Below, one piece after another: positions 26,299 through 34,304 of a stretch of DNA of 64,000 nucleotides. The position numbers and the translations under genes were made by a program. The notes beneath the pieces were generated by a model that had not been told where the DNA came from, did no database searches, and saw nothing but the letters and a program-made list of their open reading frames with translations. The DNA is taken from assembly GCA_014360995.1 (NCBI GenBank), contig JACIWL010000003.1:22127-86126 (forward strand), read 5' to 3'. The stretch's first letter is position 1. The number at the start of each line of letters is the position of its first letter. The stretch comes from Candidatus Bipolaricaulota bacterium (GTDB lineage Bacteria > Bipolaricaulota > Bipolaricaulia > Bipolaricaulales > Bipolaricaulaceae).

Positions 26299-29200
26299 AT
26301 GATCGAGTACGTCCGCAAACGGGATGGAAGCCTTGTGCCCTATGAGCGCGGCCGCATCGTAGCCGCCATCCTTTCCGCTTTGCAGGAGGTGGGCCGGGAT
26401 GACGCCGCCCTAGCCCAGGAGCTGGCCCTGCGGGTGGAGCGGATCCTGGAGGGCCGGTTTGGCCCCCTCTTCGGCCCACCCCACGTGGAGGAGATCCAAG
26501 ATGCCGTAGAGGAAGTGCTCATGACCTCGGGGATTCCCGAGGCCGCGCGGGCGTACATCGTCTACCGCGAACAGCACAAAAAGATGCGGGAAGTCCAAGA
26601 ACTGGTGGATCCTGCCCTTGTCGAGAGTTACCTCAACGGACAGGACTGGCGGGTGCGGGAAAACTCGAACATGGCCTTTTCCCTTCAGGGCCTGAACGTG
26701 TTTCTTACGGAGAAAATCATTAGCCGCTATTGGCTTTTCCAAGTTTATCCACGGCCGATCCGCGAGGCCCACGAATCCGGGGACTTCCACATCCACGACC
26801 TTGGCACGTTGGGACCTTATACCTACTACGGCAAGGAAGTGGTGGTGGCTAAACACGCCGGTCAGCTGAAGCTTTGTTCGTTTGAGCAGCTTTATGCGGA
26901 CGTCCCCGGGGAAGAAATCCTCCTCAATGAGGCCGATGGGGCGTACGCCAAGTTCCCCAAAGACTTGTATGTGCTGGACAAAGACGGCTGGACGCGGGTG
27001 GTGCGGCTCGTGCGGAAGGCCAAGCACCGCCCCATGCGGTTCATCAAGAACCGCGGCGGTCGCAGCGTCATCGTAACCGATAACCACCCTATGATCGTGG
27101 AAACAGGAATAAAGGAGGCCCTCGAAGTCAGGGAAGACGACCGAACTTTTACGGTGAGCTGGGCGCGCCTGCTGGCCGAGGAAGGCCTTTTCTCCCAGGA
27201 GGCCATCGACCTGGCAGAAGAGATTCGCCAAAAGGGGTTCTCTGGCCCGCCGGTGTACCTCGATGGGGTGCCCCTTGAGGAGGCAAGCGACGGAGAACTT
27301 CTTCATACCGCTACCTTCTCCATCCCCCGGTTCATCAAATTGACGGAGGATTTTGGTTACTTTGTAGGCTTAGTTTTGGCCGAAGAGCGTTTAACCTATG
27401 ACGAAAAAAGCCCGAGGGTCATTTCCATCACTAGTCAAAGCCGAGAGCTACTTTTGCGGGCCAACCGCGGCCTTTTGGATAATCAGCTTTCCGGGTGTCT
27501 GAGGCCAAAGGAGGATGGTCGCTGGGAACTGCGGGTGACCAATCCGTTTCTCCTGTTTCTGTTTGAGAGGGTGTTTGAAATCCGCCCCGGATCCCGCCAC
27601 AAAACCCTGCCCGTTGGGGTCCTCAACTATAGTCGGGACTTTGTAAAAGGGCTCGTCGCTGGGTTGCTTGACGGGGACGGGACGATGGAGAGCTGCGATA
27701 CCCGCCTTTGCCTTAAAATGGCCGCCCGAACCCTCCTTGAGCAGTTGGCCGTAGTATTAGAGCTTTTGGGGTTTGTCCCCCGCGATCGCGCTATAGAGGG
27801 ACAAGGAAGTCGCCGATGGGCCTTGGGACGGGAGATCGTTCAGAAATACCCGCTATATGGCCTCTCCGTCAGCAAGACAAGAGTGGAACTTCCCGAGGAG
27901 AAATACCAGGTTGCGGCGGTGGCCACTAGGGCCTGGCATGACGTCGACCATGACCAATGGCACCGAGTGATCAACAACGACCCCGTGGACATCCCCGATG
28001 AATTCATCTACGACATCACTACTGAGTCCGGGACGTTGGTCGTGAACGGAATGTGGAACCATAACTGTGTAGGATGGGATCTCGCTGACCTCCTCATGGT
28101 GGGTTTCCGGGGGGCTCGGGGCAAGATCGAATCCCGGCCACCCAAACACTTCCGCACCGCCCTCCTTCAGGCGGTGAACTTCCTTTACACCCTGCAAGGG
28201 GAGGCTGCCGGAGCCCAGGCTTTCTCCAACGTCGACACCCTTTTTGCCCCCTTCATCGCCGCAGACGGCCTTTCCTACAAAGAGGTGAAACAAGCCCTTC
28301 AGGAATTCATCTATAACTTGAACGTTCCCACCCGGGTTGGCTTTCAAACTCCCTTCACCAACGTGACCCTGGATCTCCGGCCGCCAGAGCATTTGGCGAA
28401 GCTTCCGGCCATTGTGGGCGGGGAGCCCCTTCGGGCCCAGTACGGGGAATTTGAGCGGGAGATGAAGATGTTCAACCGGGCCTTCGCCGAGATCATGGCC
28501 GAAGGGGATGCCAAGGGCCGCGTCTTCACCTTCCCCATCCCCACTTATAACGTGACCCGGGACTTCCCCTGGGATGACCCGGATCTCTCCCCCATTTGGG
28601 AGATGACCGCGCGCTACGGCATCCCTTATTTTGCGAACTTCATCAATTCCGACATGCGGCCAGAGGACACGCGGAGCATGTGCTGCCGGCTGCGCCTGGA
28701 CTTGCGGGAGCTCCGCTACCGCGGGGGCGGGCTTTTCGGCTCAAACCCCCTCACTGGGTCCATCGGTGTGGTGACCTTGAACCTCCCCCGCCTTGCCTAC
28801 CTTTCCCGCAACGAGCGCGAGTTCTTCGAGCGGCTGGACGATCTTCTTCAGCTTGCCGGAAAATCCTTGATTATCAAAAGGAAATTCTTGGAACGCCTCA
28901 CCGAGCAGGGTCTTTACCCCTACTCCAAGTTCTACCTGCGCTCGATAAAGGAGCTCACCGGGGAGTACTGGAAGAATCACTTCTCCACCATCGGGGTGAT
29001 CGGCCTAAATGAGGCCTGTTTGAATCTCCTTGGGTGCAACATTGCCGACCCTGAGGGCATTGCCTTCGCCACCCGAGTTCTCGATCATCTGCGGGAGAAA
29101 CTCGTGGCCTTTCAGGAGGCCACCGGGCATCTATGGAATTTGGAAGCCACACCGGCGGAGGGCGCTAGCTATCGTCTGGCCATGCTCGATAAAAAACGTT

Positions 29201-29673
29201 TCCCGAAGATCATCGTGGCCAACGAGCGGGAGGTGGCGGAGCGCGGGGCCGCTCCCTATTACACCAACTCTTCGCATCTTCCTGTGAACTACACGGACGA
29301 CCTTTTCCTGGCTTTGCGGCTTCAGGAGCCCCTCCAGACCCGGTATACCGGCGGGACGGTCTTTCACGTGTGGCTTGGGGAGAGGATTCCTTCGCCAGAG
29401 GCAGCCAAAACCTTGGTGCGCCGCATTTTTGAACGCTTTCGCATCCCCTACCTCACCCTGACCCCCACCTTCTCCGTGTGCCCAAACCACGGGTATCTGG
29501 TGGGAGCACTCGAGGCCTGCCCCCTCTGTGGCGAGCGGACGGAGGTTTATTCGCGCGTGGTGGGGTATCTCCGGCCTGTGGAGCAGTGGAACGCTGGAAA
29601 ACAGGAGGAGTTCAAGGACCGCGTCTCCTTCGCCTCAAGCGCGGCCATCCTACCCAGCTCGCTTAAAATCTAG
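26299..29673 (+). CDS. nrdD: anaerobic ribonucleoside-triphosphate reductase (class III), intein-containing
   Basis: N-terminal ATP-cone (VRKRDGSLVPYERGRI). C-terminal Zn ribbon CPNHG...CPLCG and glycyl-radical motif SRVVGYLRP. The body is interrupted by a 415-codon intein. Confidence 0.92.
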   Translation: MIEYVRKRDGSLVPYERGRIVAAILSALQEVGRDDAALAQELALRVERILEGRFGPLFGPPHVEEIQDAVEEVLMTSGIPEAARAYIVYREQHKKMREVQELVDPALVESYLNGQDWRVRENSNMAFSLQGLNVFLTEKIISRYWLFQVYPRPIREAHESGDFHIHDLGTLGPYTYYGKEVVVAKHAGQLKLCSFEQLYADVPGEEILLNEADGAYAKFPKDLYVLDKDGWTRVVRLVRKAKHRPMRFIKNRGGRSVIVTDNHPMIVETGIKEALEVREDDRTFTVSWARLLAEEGLFSQEAIDLAEEIRQKGFSGPPVYLDGVPLEEASDGELLHTATFSIPRFIKLTEDFGYFVGLVLAEERLTYDEKSPRVISITSQSRELLLRANRGLLDNQLSGCLRPKEDGRWELRVTNPFLLFLFERVFEIRPGSRHKTLPVGVLNYSRDFVKGLVAGLLDGDGTMESCDTRLCLKMAARTLLEQLAVVLELLGFVPRDRAIEGQGSRRWALGREIVQKYPLYGLSVSKTRVELPEEKYQVAAVATRAWHDVDHDQWHRVINNDPVDIPDEFIYDITTESGTLVVNGMWNHNCVGWDLADLLMVGFRGARGKIESRPPKHFRTALLQAVNFLYTLQGEAAGAQAFSNVDTLFAPFIAADGLSYKEVKQALQEFIYNLNVPTRVGFQTPFTNVTLDLRPPEHLAKLPAIVGGEPLRAQYGEFEREMKMFNRAFAEIMAEGDAKGRVFTFPIPTYNVTRDFPWDDPDLSPIWEMTARYGIPYFANFINSDMRPEDTRSMCCRLRLDLRELRYRGGGLFGSNPLTGSIGVVTLNLPRLAYLSRNEREFFERLDDLLQLAGKSLIIKRKFLERLTEQGLYPYSKFYLRSIKELTGEYWKNHFSTIGVIGLNEACLNLLGCNIADPEGIAFATRVLDHLREKLVAFQEATGHLWNLEATPAEGASYRLAMLDKKRFPKIIVANEREVAERGAAPYYTNSSHLPVNYTDDLFLALRLQEPLQTRYTGGTVFHVWLGERIPSPEAAKTLVRRIFERFRIPYLTLTPTFSVCPNHGYLVGALEACPLCGERTEVYSRVVGYLRPVEQWNAGKQEEFKDRVSFASSAAILPSSLKI
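26821..28065 (+). other. Intein with LAGLIDADG homing-endonuclease domain inside nrdD
   Basis: The N-extein ends at ...HIHDLGTLGPY and the C-extein resumes at CVGWDL. Block A-like TYYGKEVVV...G; block B VIVTDNHP; LAGLIDADG motifs FGYFVGLVLAEE and FVKGLVAGLLDGDG; blocks F/G IYDITTESGTLVVNGMWNHN followed by +1 Cys. Confidence 0.8.
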
Positions 29674-29686
29674 TCTTTAGGCCAAG

Positions 29687-30418
29687 GTGGAGAAACGCGA
29701 AGTATTCGGAACAATCGTGTATGTCCAGCCGCTTTCCCTCATGGATTATCCAGGGAAACTCGCGGCCATCGCATTTTTTGCTGGCTGCAACCTGCGTTGC
29801 CCGTTTTGCTATAACTCCGAGCTCGTCCTTCCTGAACTCATGGGAGCCCTGCGGCCCCTGCCCTTGGAGGAGGTTTTGGAAAAGCTTTCGGAGCGGGTTG
29901 GTTTTTTGGATGGAGTGGTCCTCACCGGCGGTGAGCCCACCCTTGCCCCCGATCTTCCCGATCTCCTCCGGTCCTTAAAAAACTTGGGTTTCTTGGTGAA
30001 GCTAGACACTAACGGTACAAATCCCCAAGTTCTTGAAGAGCTTCTTCGTGCCGGGCTTTTGGATTACGTGGCTTTGGACCTAAAAGCCCCTTTCCCCCGC
30101 TATGCTGAATTCATCGGCTTTCCAGGGGCGGAGAAGGTGGTGGAGGCCGTGCAGGAAAGCCTTTCCGTCATTTTGCGCATGGCTCCCGACTATGAGGTCC
30201 GCACCACCGTGGCTCCCGGGCTTTCCCCCGCGGATCTTTTGGCCATCGCCCAAGAGATCAGGGGAGCCAAGCGCTATGTCCTCCAGCCATTTTTGGTCCC
30301 CAGGGAAAAGCGCCTTGTAAATGAAGAATGGCGGACGCGCCCAGCCCTGAGCCCGGCGGAACTTAAGGGCTTTCTCCCCGAGCTTTCGAGGTTTGTTTAC
30401 GCCGAAGTGCGGGCCTAG
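29687..30418 (+). CDS. nrdG: anaerobic ribonucleoside-triphosphate reductase activating protein (radical SAM)
   Basis: CNLRCPFCYN cluster and GGEPTL. Located directly downstream of nrdD. GTG start. Confidence 0.85.
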   Translation: MEKREVFGTIVYVQPLSLMDYPGKLAAIAFFAGCNLRCPFCYNSELVLPELMGALRPLPLEEVLEKLSERVGFLDGVVLTGGEPTLAPDLPDLLRSLKNLGFLVKLDTNGTNPQVLEELLRAGLLDYVALDLKAPFPRYAEFIGFPGAEKVVEAVQESLSVILRMAPDYEVRTTVAPGLSPADLLAIAQEIRGAKRYVLQPFLVPREKRLVNEEWRTRPALSPAELKGFLPELSRFVYAEVRA

Positions 30419-31386
30419 TCCAAGCCGACCCTGGCCCGCACTTCCCGGATCACTTCTTTGGCGATCTTTCGTGCCCTTTCTGCCCCGGCGGCAAGGACCT
30501 CTTCTACATCTTTTTCCGTGAGCTCCTTTCGTCTTTCCCTAATGGGGCGCAAAGTTTCCATGAGGTAACGGAAAAGCGTTTCCTTCAAGTCCCGGTACAA
30601 AAGTTTTCCCTCTTGGTGCAGGCGCTTAAACTCTTCCGTGACCTCCGCCGGGGCCACGAGCTCAAGGAGGGTGAAGAGGTTGGCCACCCCAGGGCTCATG
30701 GGTTGCCCCGGGGTGAGGCCCACATCGGTTACCGCCGTTCTGATTTTTCGCCAGATTTCTTCTTCTGGCTCCATGAGGCCGATGTAGTGGTCAGGGCCGT
30801 AGGATTTGCTCATTTTTCGTGTGGGATCGGCGAGGGACATGAGGCGCGGGACCTTTCCCAAGATGGGCTCGGGCTCGGGGAAGAACTCGCCGAACCGCCA
30901 ATTGAAGCGGCGGGCGATGCGCCGGGCCAGCTCCAAATGCTGGAGCTGGTCCTCGCCCACTGGGACGTGATCGGCCAAATAAAGGAGGATGTCGGCCGCC
31001 TGCAGCACCGGATAGTAAAAAAGGCCTCCGTTCACAAATTCCTGCCCTTTTGCCTTCTCTTTGAACTGGGTCATGCGGGTGAGATCGCCAAAGGAGGTCA
31101 CACATCCCAAAATCCAGCAAAGTTCGGTGTGTTCAGGGACATCGGACTGGACAAAGAGGATGGATTTTTCCGGGTCGATCCCGCAGGCGAGGAGATCCAG
31201 AGCTAGGTCCTGTTTAGCTTTCCTGAGCTCCTCTGGGCGGGTGTTCTCGTTGGTGAGGGCGTGGTAGTCCACGATGCAGTAAATGCAGAAGTTTCCCTCT
31301 TGGAGTTCCACCCACTGCTTTATCGCCCCAAAGTAGTTCCCAAGATGGACGGTTCCCGTCGGCTGAATCCCCGAAAAAATCCGCAT
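30415..31386 (-). CDS. trpS: tryptophan--tRNA ligase
   Basis: MRIFSGIQPTGTVHLGNYFG (HIGH region) and KMSKS. ATG 31384-31386 preferred. The listed TTG at 31425 adds 13 residues. Confidence 0.92.
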   Translation of the reverse strand: MRIFSGIQPTGTVHLGNYFGAIKQWVELQEGNFCIYCIVDYHALTNENTRPEELRKAKQDLALDLLACGIDPEKSILFVQSDVPEHTELCWILGCVTSFGDLTRMTQFKEKAKGQEFVNGGLFYYPVLQAADILLYLADHVPVGEDQLQHLELARRIARRFNWRFGEFFPEPEPILGKVPRLMSLADPTRKMSKSYGPDHYIGLMEPEEEIWRKIRTAVTDVGLTPGQPMSPGVANLFTLLELVAPAEVTEEFKRLHQEGKLLYRDLKETLFRYLMETLRPIRERRKELTEKDVEEVLAAGAERARKIAKEVIREVRARVGLD

Positions 31387-31639
31387 GGCCAGGGGAAGTA
31401 TAGAGAGGAAGGAACTTTCCCGCAAGAAAACCCCATTTACAAAGCCCGGGCCTGCGCAATAACGGCCACTTTGATGATAGCAGATGGCCAGATGCCCTGT
31501 GGGAAATCGAATGGAACCACCTCACACTCTCAAGGCCCATTTTCTCTGTTCTTCTGCCTGTACACCCTATTCCTCCCTTAATAAGGCGAAGGGCGCGGTT
31601 GGCGCTTAAGCAACCGGCTTGGGGACCAAGGGAGGAGGT

Positions 31640-31925
31640 ATGGTCAAAGATCCACAGCCCAAAGCGGCCTGGTTGGTTCGGGCAGGGCGCTTTGGCGAGG
31701 ATGAGGAGCTGGCGTTAGAGGAGGGGCTGGCCACCATCGGGTTCAGGAGTGTGCCCGACCTCAAAAGCTTTCCCCCCGCGAGGCCCTGGTGGACTACTTG
31801 CTTCGATCTGACCTCGAGGGTTCTCCATACCGGGCCTCTAACCTTGCCGCACAGTTGTGGGCCTTTCGGGAAGAGGTGCATGTGGGCGACATCGCCTCTT
31901 TGGGGTCGGGTCTTTAGTTTTTGTG
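31640..31925 (+). pseudogene. N-terminal fragment of a restriction-endonuclease-like (Mrr-type N-domain) gene, frameshifted and truncated
   Basis: ATG after AAGGGAGGAGG. MVKDPQPKAAWLVRAGRFGEDEELALEEGLATIGF...DL. The frame is lost in a C6 run at 31772-31777. The shifted frame continues REALVDYLL...AAQLWAFREEVHVGDIA and runs into the terminal repeat at 31895. Confidence 0.45.
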
Positions 31926-32087
31926 TTCTTGGCGGTTGCGTACCTAAACTCGTCTTTTCTGTACATCGAGGGCTATGGATTGCACGGCAAATGCTTCCGG
32001 GTCCAAGGAAAGCAAAAGTCGGAGGCGAGAAGCTCAGGACCCTAGAAGCGTGTTAACCCAAAAATCAAAGACCTGACCCCAAAGAGG
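31895..32087. mobile_element. MITE-like element bounded by inverted copies of the GGGGTCAGGTCTTTACTTTTTG motif
   Basis: Left end cctctttGGGGTCGGGTCTTTAGTTTTTGTG (31895-31925). Right end cccAAAAATCAAAGACCTGACCCCaaagagg (32057-32087) is its inverted copy. Confidence 0.6.
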
Positions 32088-32107
32088 GTGATGAAACTAA
32101 GAGGGGT

Positions 32108-32530
32108 CTAGACATCTACGACACCCTGGGCGATCCAGGTCCCGTCCCGCTCCTCCACCTGGACCCAGTTGTAGGTGGCAGCCTTAACATCAATACCCCG
32201 CCCGTGCTTTGCTGGATCGAACCTCTCCCCAAACGCCTCGCCCATGGCCCGGTACCGTTCCTTTTCCTTCGTTATCCGTAAAGAAAAGCGGCCAAAAAGA
32301 AGGCCCTTTGTGTCGCGCAGAAAAAGAAGCTCCGCCAAAAAGCGCACAAATAAATCCTCGAGGGATTCCGCTTCCACCTCGAAGGGCACCGCTTCCTTGG
32401 GCTCGATTCTCTCAAGATCGGCCATGAGGGAGAACATGGCCCGCGCCGCCTCGCAAAACGCCTCCTCCACCGTGCTCCCGATCCCGCGCACGCCCATGTC
32501 TGAAGGATGGGGAATAAGTTCGTAGGCCAT
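32108..32530 (-). CDS. archease
   Basis: 140 aa. MAYELIPHPSDMGVRGIGSTVEEAF..A and C-terminal KAATYN...V match the archease family. Confidence 0.9.
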   Translation of the reverse strand: MAYELIPHPSDMGVRGIGSTVEEAFCEAARAMFSLMADLERIEPKEAVPFEVEAESLEDLFVRFLAELLFLRDTKGLLFGRFSLRITKEKERYRAMGEAFGERFDPAKHGRGIDVKAATYNWVQVEERDGTWIAQGVVDV

Positions 32531-32531
32531 C

Positions 32532-33080
32532 CTATCCTCCGAACCTCCAAGAAGCGACGGGCGTATATTTTGCTCCTTCTGGCCGAAGCTCGGAGCGCAT
32601 TAACGTTAGCCTTTCCACCAAAATCTCTGGGACGGCCAAAGATTCCTTTGGCAAAATAGGCCGCAAGTCCTTGGGCGTTTTGAACCGGGCCAGGGTCACA
32701 TGGGGCAAAGGCTCCTTCTTCTCCGGGGGAAAGCCTAGAGCCTGCACGGCCTCCTCCACCTGCTGACAGAGTTTTCGGAACTCGGCAGACTCGGCCCTGG
32801 AGCCGGCCCAAAAGACCCGGGCGGCCTTAGGTTGGGGGAACCCTCCCAAAACTTCGAGGGCAAGCACAAAAGGCTTTGCTTCTTGAGCCACCTTTTTCCC
32901 CACTTCCAAAAGTTGGGAAAGCTTCTCCTCAGGCACTTCCCCGAGAAAGCGCACGGTCAGGTGGTAGTTCTCCGGCGGCACCCAGGACCCATCTCCCAAA
33001 GAGACGCGAAAGCGCTTAGCCACCTGGGCCAGGGCCTCCTGCACATCCTCCGCAAGCTCTATGCAAAAGAAAAGGCGCAC
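32532..33080 (-). CDS. thpR: RNA 2',3'-cyclic phosphodiesterase (2H phosphoesterase, LigT/ThpR)
   Basis: 182 aa. MRLFFCIEL plus two H.T/S motifs (HLTVRFLG and HVTLARF). Confidence 0.85.
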   Translation of the reverse strand: MRLFFCIELAEDVQEALAQVAKRFRVSLGDGSWVPPENYHLTVRFLGEVPEEKLSQLLEVGKKVAQEAKPFVLALEVLGGFPQPKAARVFWAGSRAESAEFRKLCQQVEEAVQALGFPPEKKEPLPHVTLARFKTPKDLRPILPKESLAVPEILVERLTLMRSELRPEGAKYTPVASWRFGG

Positions 33081-33118
33081 GGTGCAATTATAAGGCCTGC
33101 TACACTAGGCTTTGGGCC

Positions 33119-34225
33119 ATGGCTGAGGAGTTAACCCTGCGCGGGCCGGTAATCCACGATTTTCCCTATCCGCCGGAAAGGCGGAAGTGCCCGCATCGGG
33201 CCCTGGTCTCTTTGACACCGGCGGGAAGCTGCCTTCACCTTTGCCCCATGTGCTACGCCCGGGCCTACCCCTGGAGCCGCGACGCCCCTGCCCTCTACAT
33301 CAACACCGCGGAAAAACTCGCAAAAGAACTGGAAAAGGTGGAAATCTGCCCGCCCCTTTATATCAGCCAGATCACCGATCCCCTCCAGCCTTTGCCGGAA
33401 GTGCGGAAGCTCACCGCTCGAGTGGTGGAGGTGGCCATCCGCTTCGGGGTTCCGTTTCACATCATCACGAAAAGCGGGGATGGAGTCCTTTGGCTTTTGC
33501 GCCGCATCCCCGCGCTTTGTGAATATCCGCGCTGGTGGCTTTCCATGACCATCGAGGCCCCTCCAGAAAAGCAAAAGATCACAAGCCCCGGAGCTTCGCC
33601 CGTGGAAGAGAGGCTTCGGGCTGTGGAGAAGTGTGCGAAGGAGGGGATCTTCGTGGTCGTGCGCACCGATCCCGCGATCTTTGGCCTCGTTCACGAAGAG
33701 GATGAGCTTTGGATCCTCGACCACGCCCGGGATGCGGGGGCAAGCCACATCATCTCCGCCATGGGGCACTTCAACCGCGTTTCTTTTGCGAGGCTTCTTG
33801 AGGCCCTGCGCGCCGCTGGCTTCAACCGGGAGGCGGCGGAGGTGCAAAGGAACTACAAGCCCGGAAGAGCCGAGGGCTTCTTCCAAAGCGCGGCCACGAT
33901 AAGGGCGCCCTTTTCCTTGCGTCAAAAATTCCATCGTTTCATGCGGAACGAAGCGGAAAAGCGGGGCATGACCTATGCCGCTTGCCTAGAGATGGGGCGG
34001 GAATGGGATTCCCCTGGGATCCCCCACTGTGAGGCCGCTCCGCAAGGGAGGCTAGCGAAAAAGACTTCTTCCGGAAAATTCGAGCTTCTTCCCGATTGCT
34101 ATGCCGATTGCCTTCGCCATTGTCCGAATCCTGCTTCTCCTCCTTGTGGGCGGCCTGAGCTCCTCCGCCAATTTCCCTACAAATTCGCGACTTTACTTCC
34201 CCGGCCCTCCCCGCTTTTGGCCTGA
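33119..34225 (+). CDS. radical SAM protein (SplB/COG1533-like), function unknown
   Basis: CLHLCPMCY gives a C-x3-C-x2-C cluster near the N-terminus, followed by a TIM-barrel-like body. The Cys-rich tail (CYADCLRHCPNPASPPC) suggests an auxiliary metal site. Confidence 0.8.
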   Translation: MAEELTLRGPVIHDFPYPPERRKCPHRALVSLTPAGSCLHLCPMCYARAYPWSRDAPALYINTAEKLAKELEKVEICPPLYISQITDPLQPLPEVRKLTARVVEVAIRFGVPFHIITKSGDGVLWLLRRIPALCEYPRWWLSMTIEAPPEKQKITSPGASPVEERLRAVEKCAKEGIFVVVRTDPAIFGLVHEEDELWILDHARDAGASHIISAMGHFNRVSFARLLEALRAAGFNREAAEVQRNYKPGRAEGFFQSAATIRAPFSLRQKFHRFMRNEAEKRGMTYAACLEMGREWDSPGIPHCEAAPQGRLAKKTSSGKFELLPDCYADCLRHCPNPASPPCGRPELLRQFPYKFATLLPRPSPLLA

Positions 34226-34304
34226 TCCCGAGAAAGCCTGAAACCCTTGCTAAGAAACTGGGTCGGGTAAAATCCCAAGGAAACGAGCGAGGAGGTGGAC
34301 GGCG

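Noticed and set aside
31387-31618. Possible T-box leader upstream of trpS (minus strand contains AGAGA, a UGG triplet and GAGGUGGUUCCAUUCG, which resembles the T-box GGUGGUACC core)
   Set aside because: The AGAGA motif and the T-box-like sequence are only about 30 nt apart, far too close for a Stem I/II/III architecture. The bulge would read UGGU rather than the UGGC I would expect if tRNA-Trp carries the usual G discriminator. I could find no convincing terminator/antiterminator or SD-sequestering helix by eye. A covariance-model scan would settle it.
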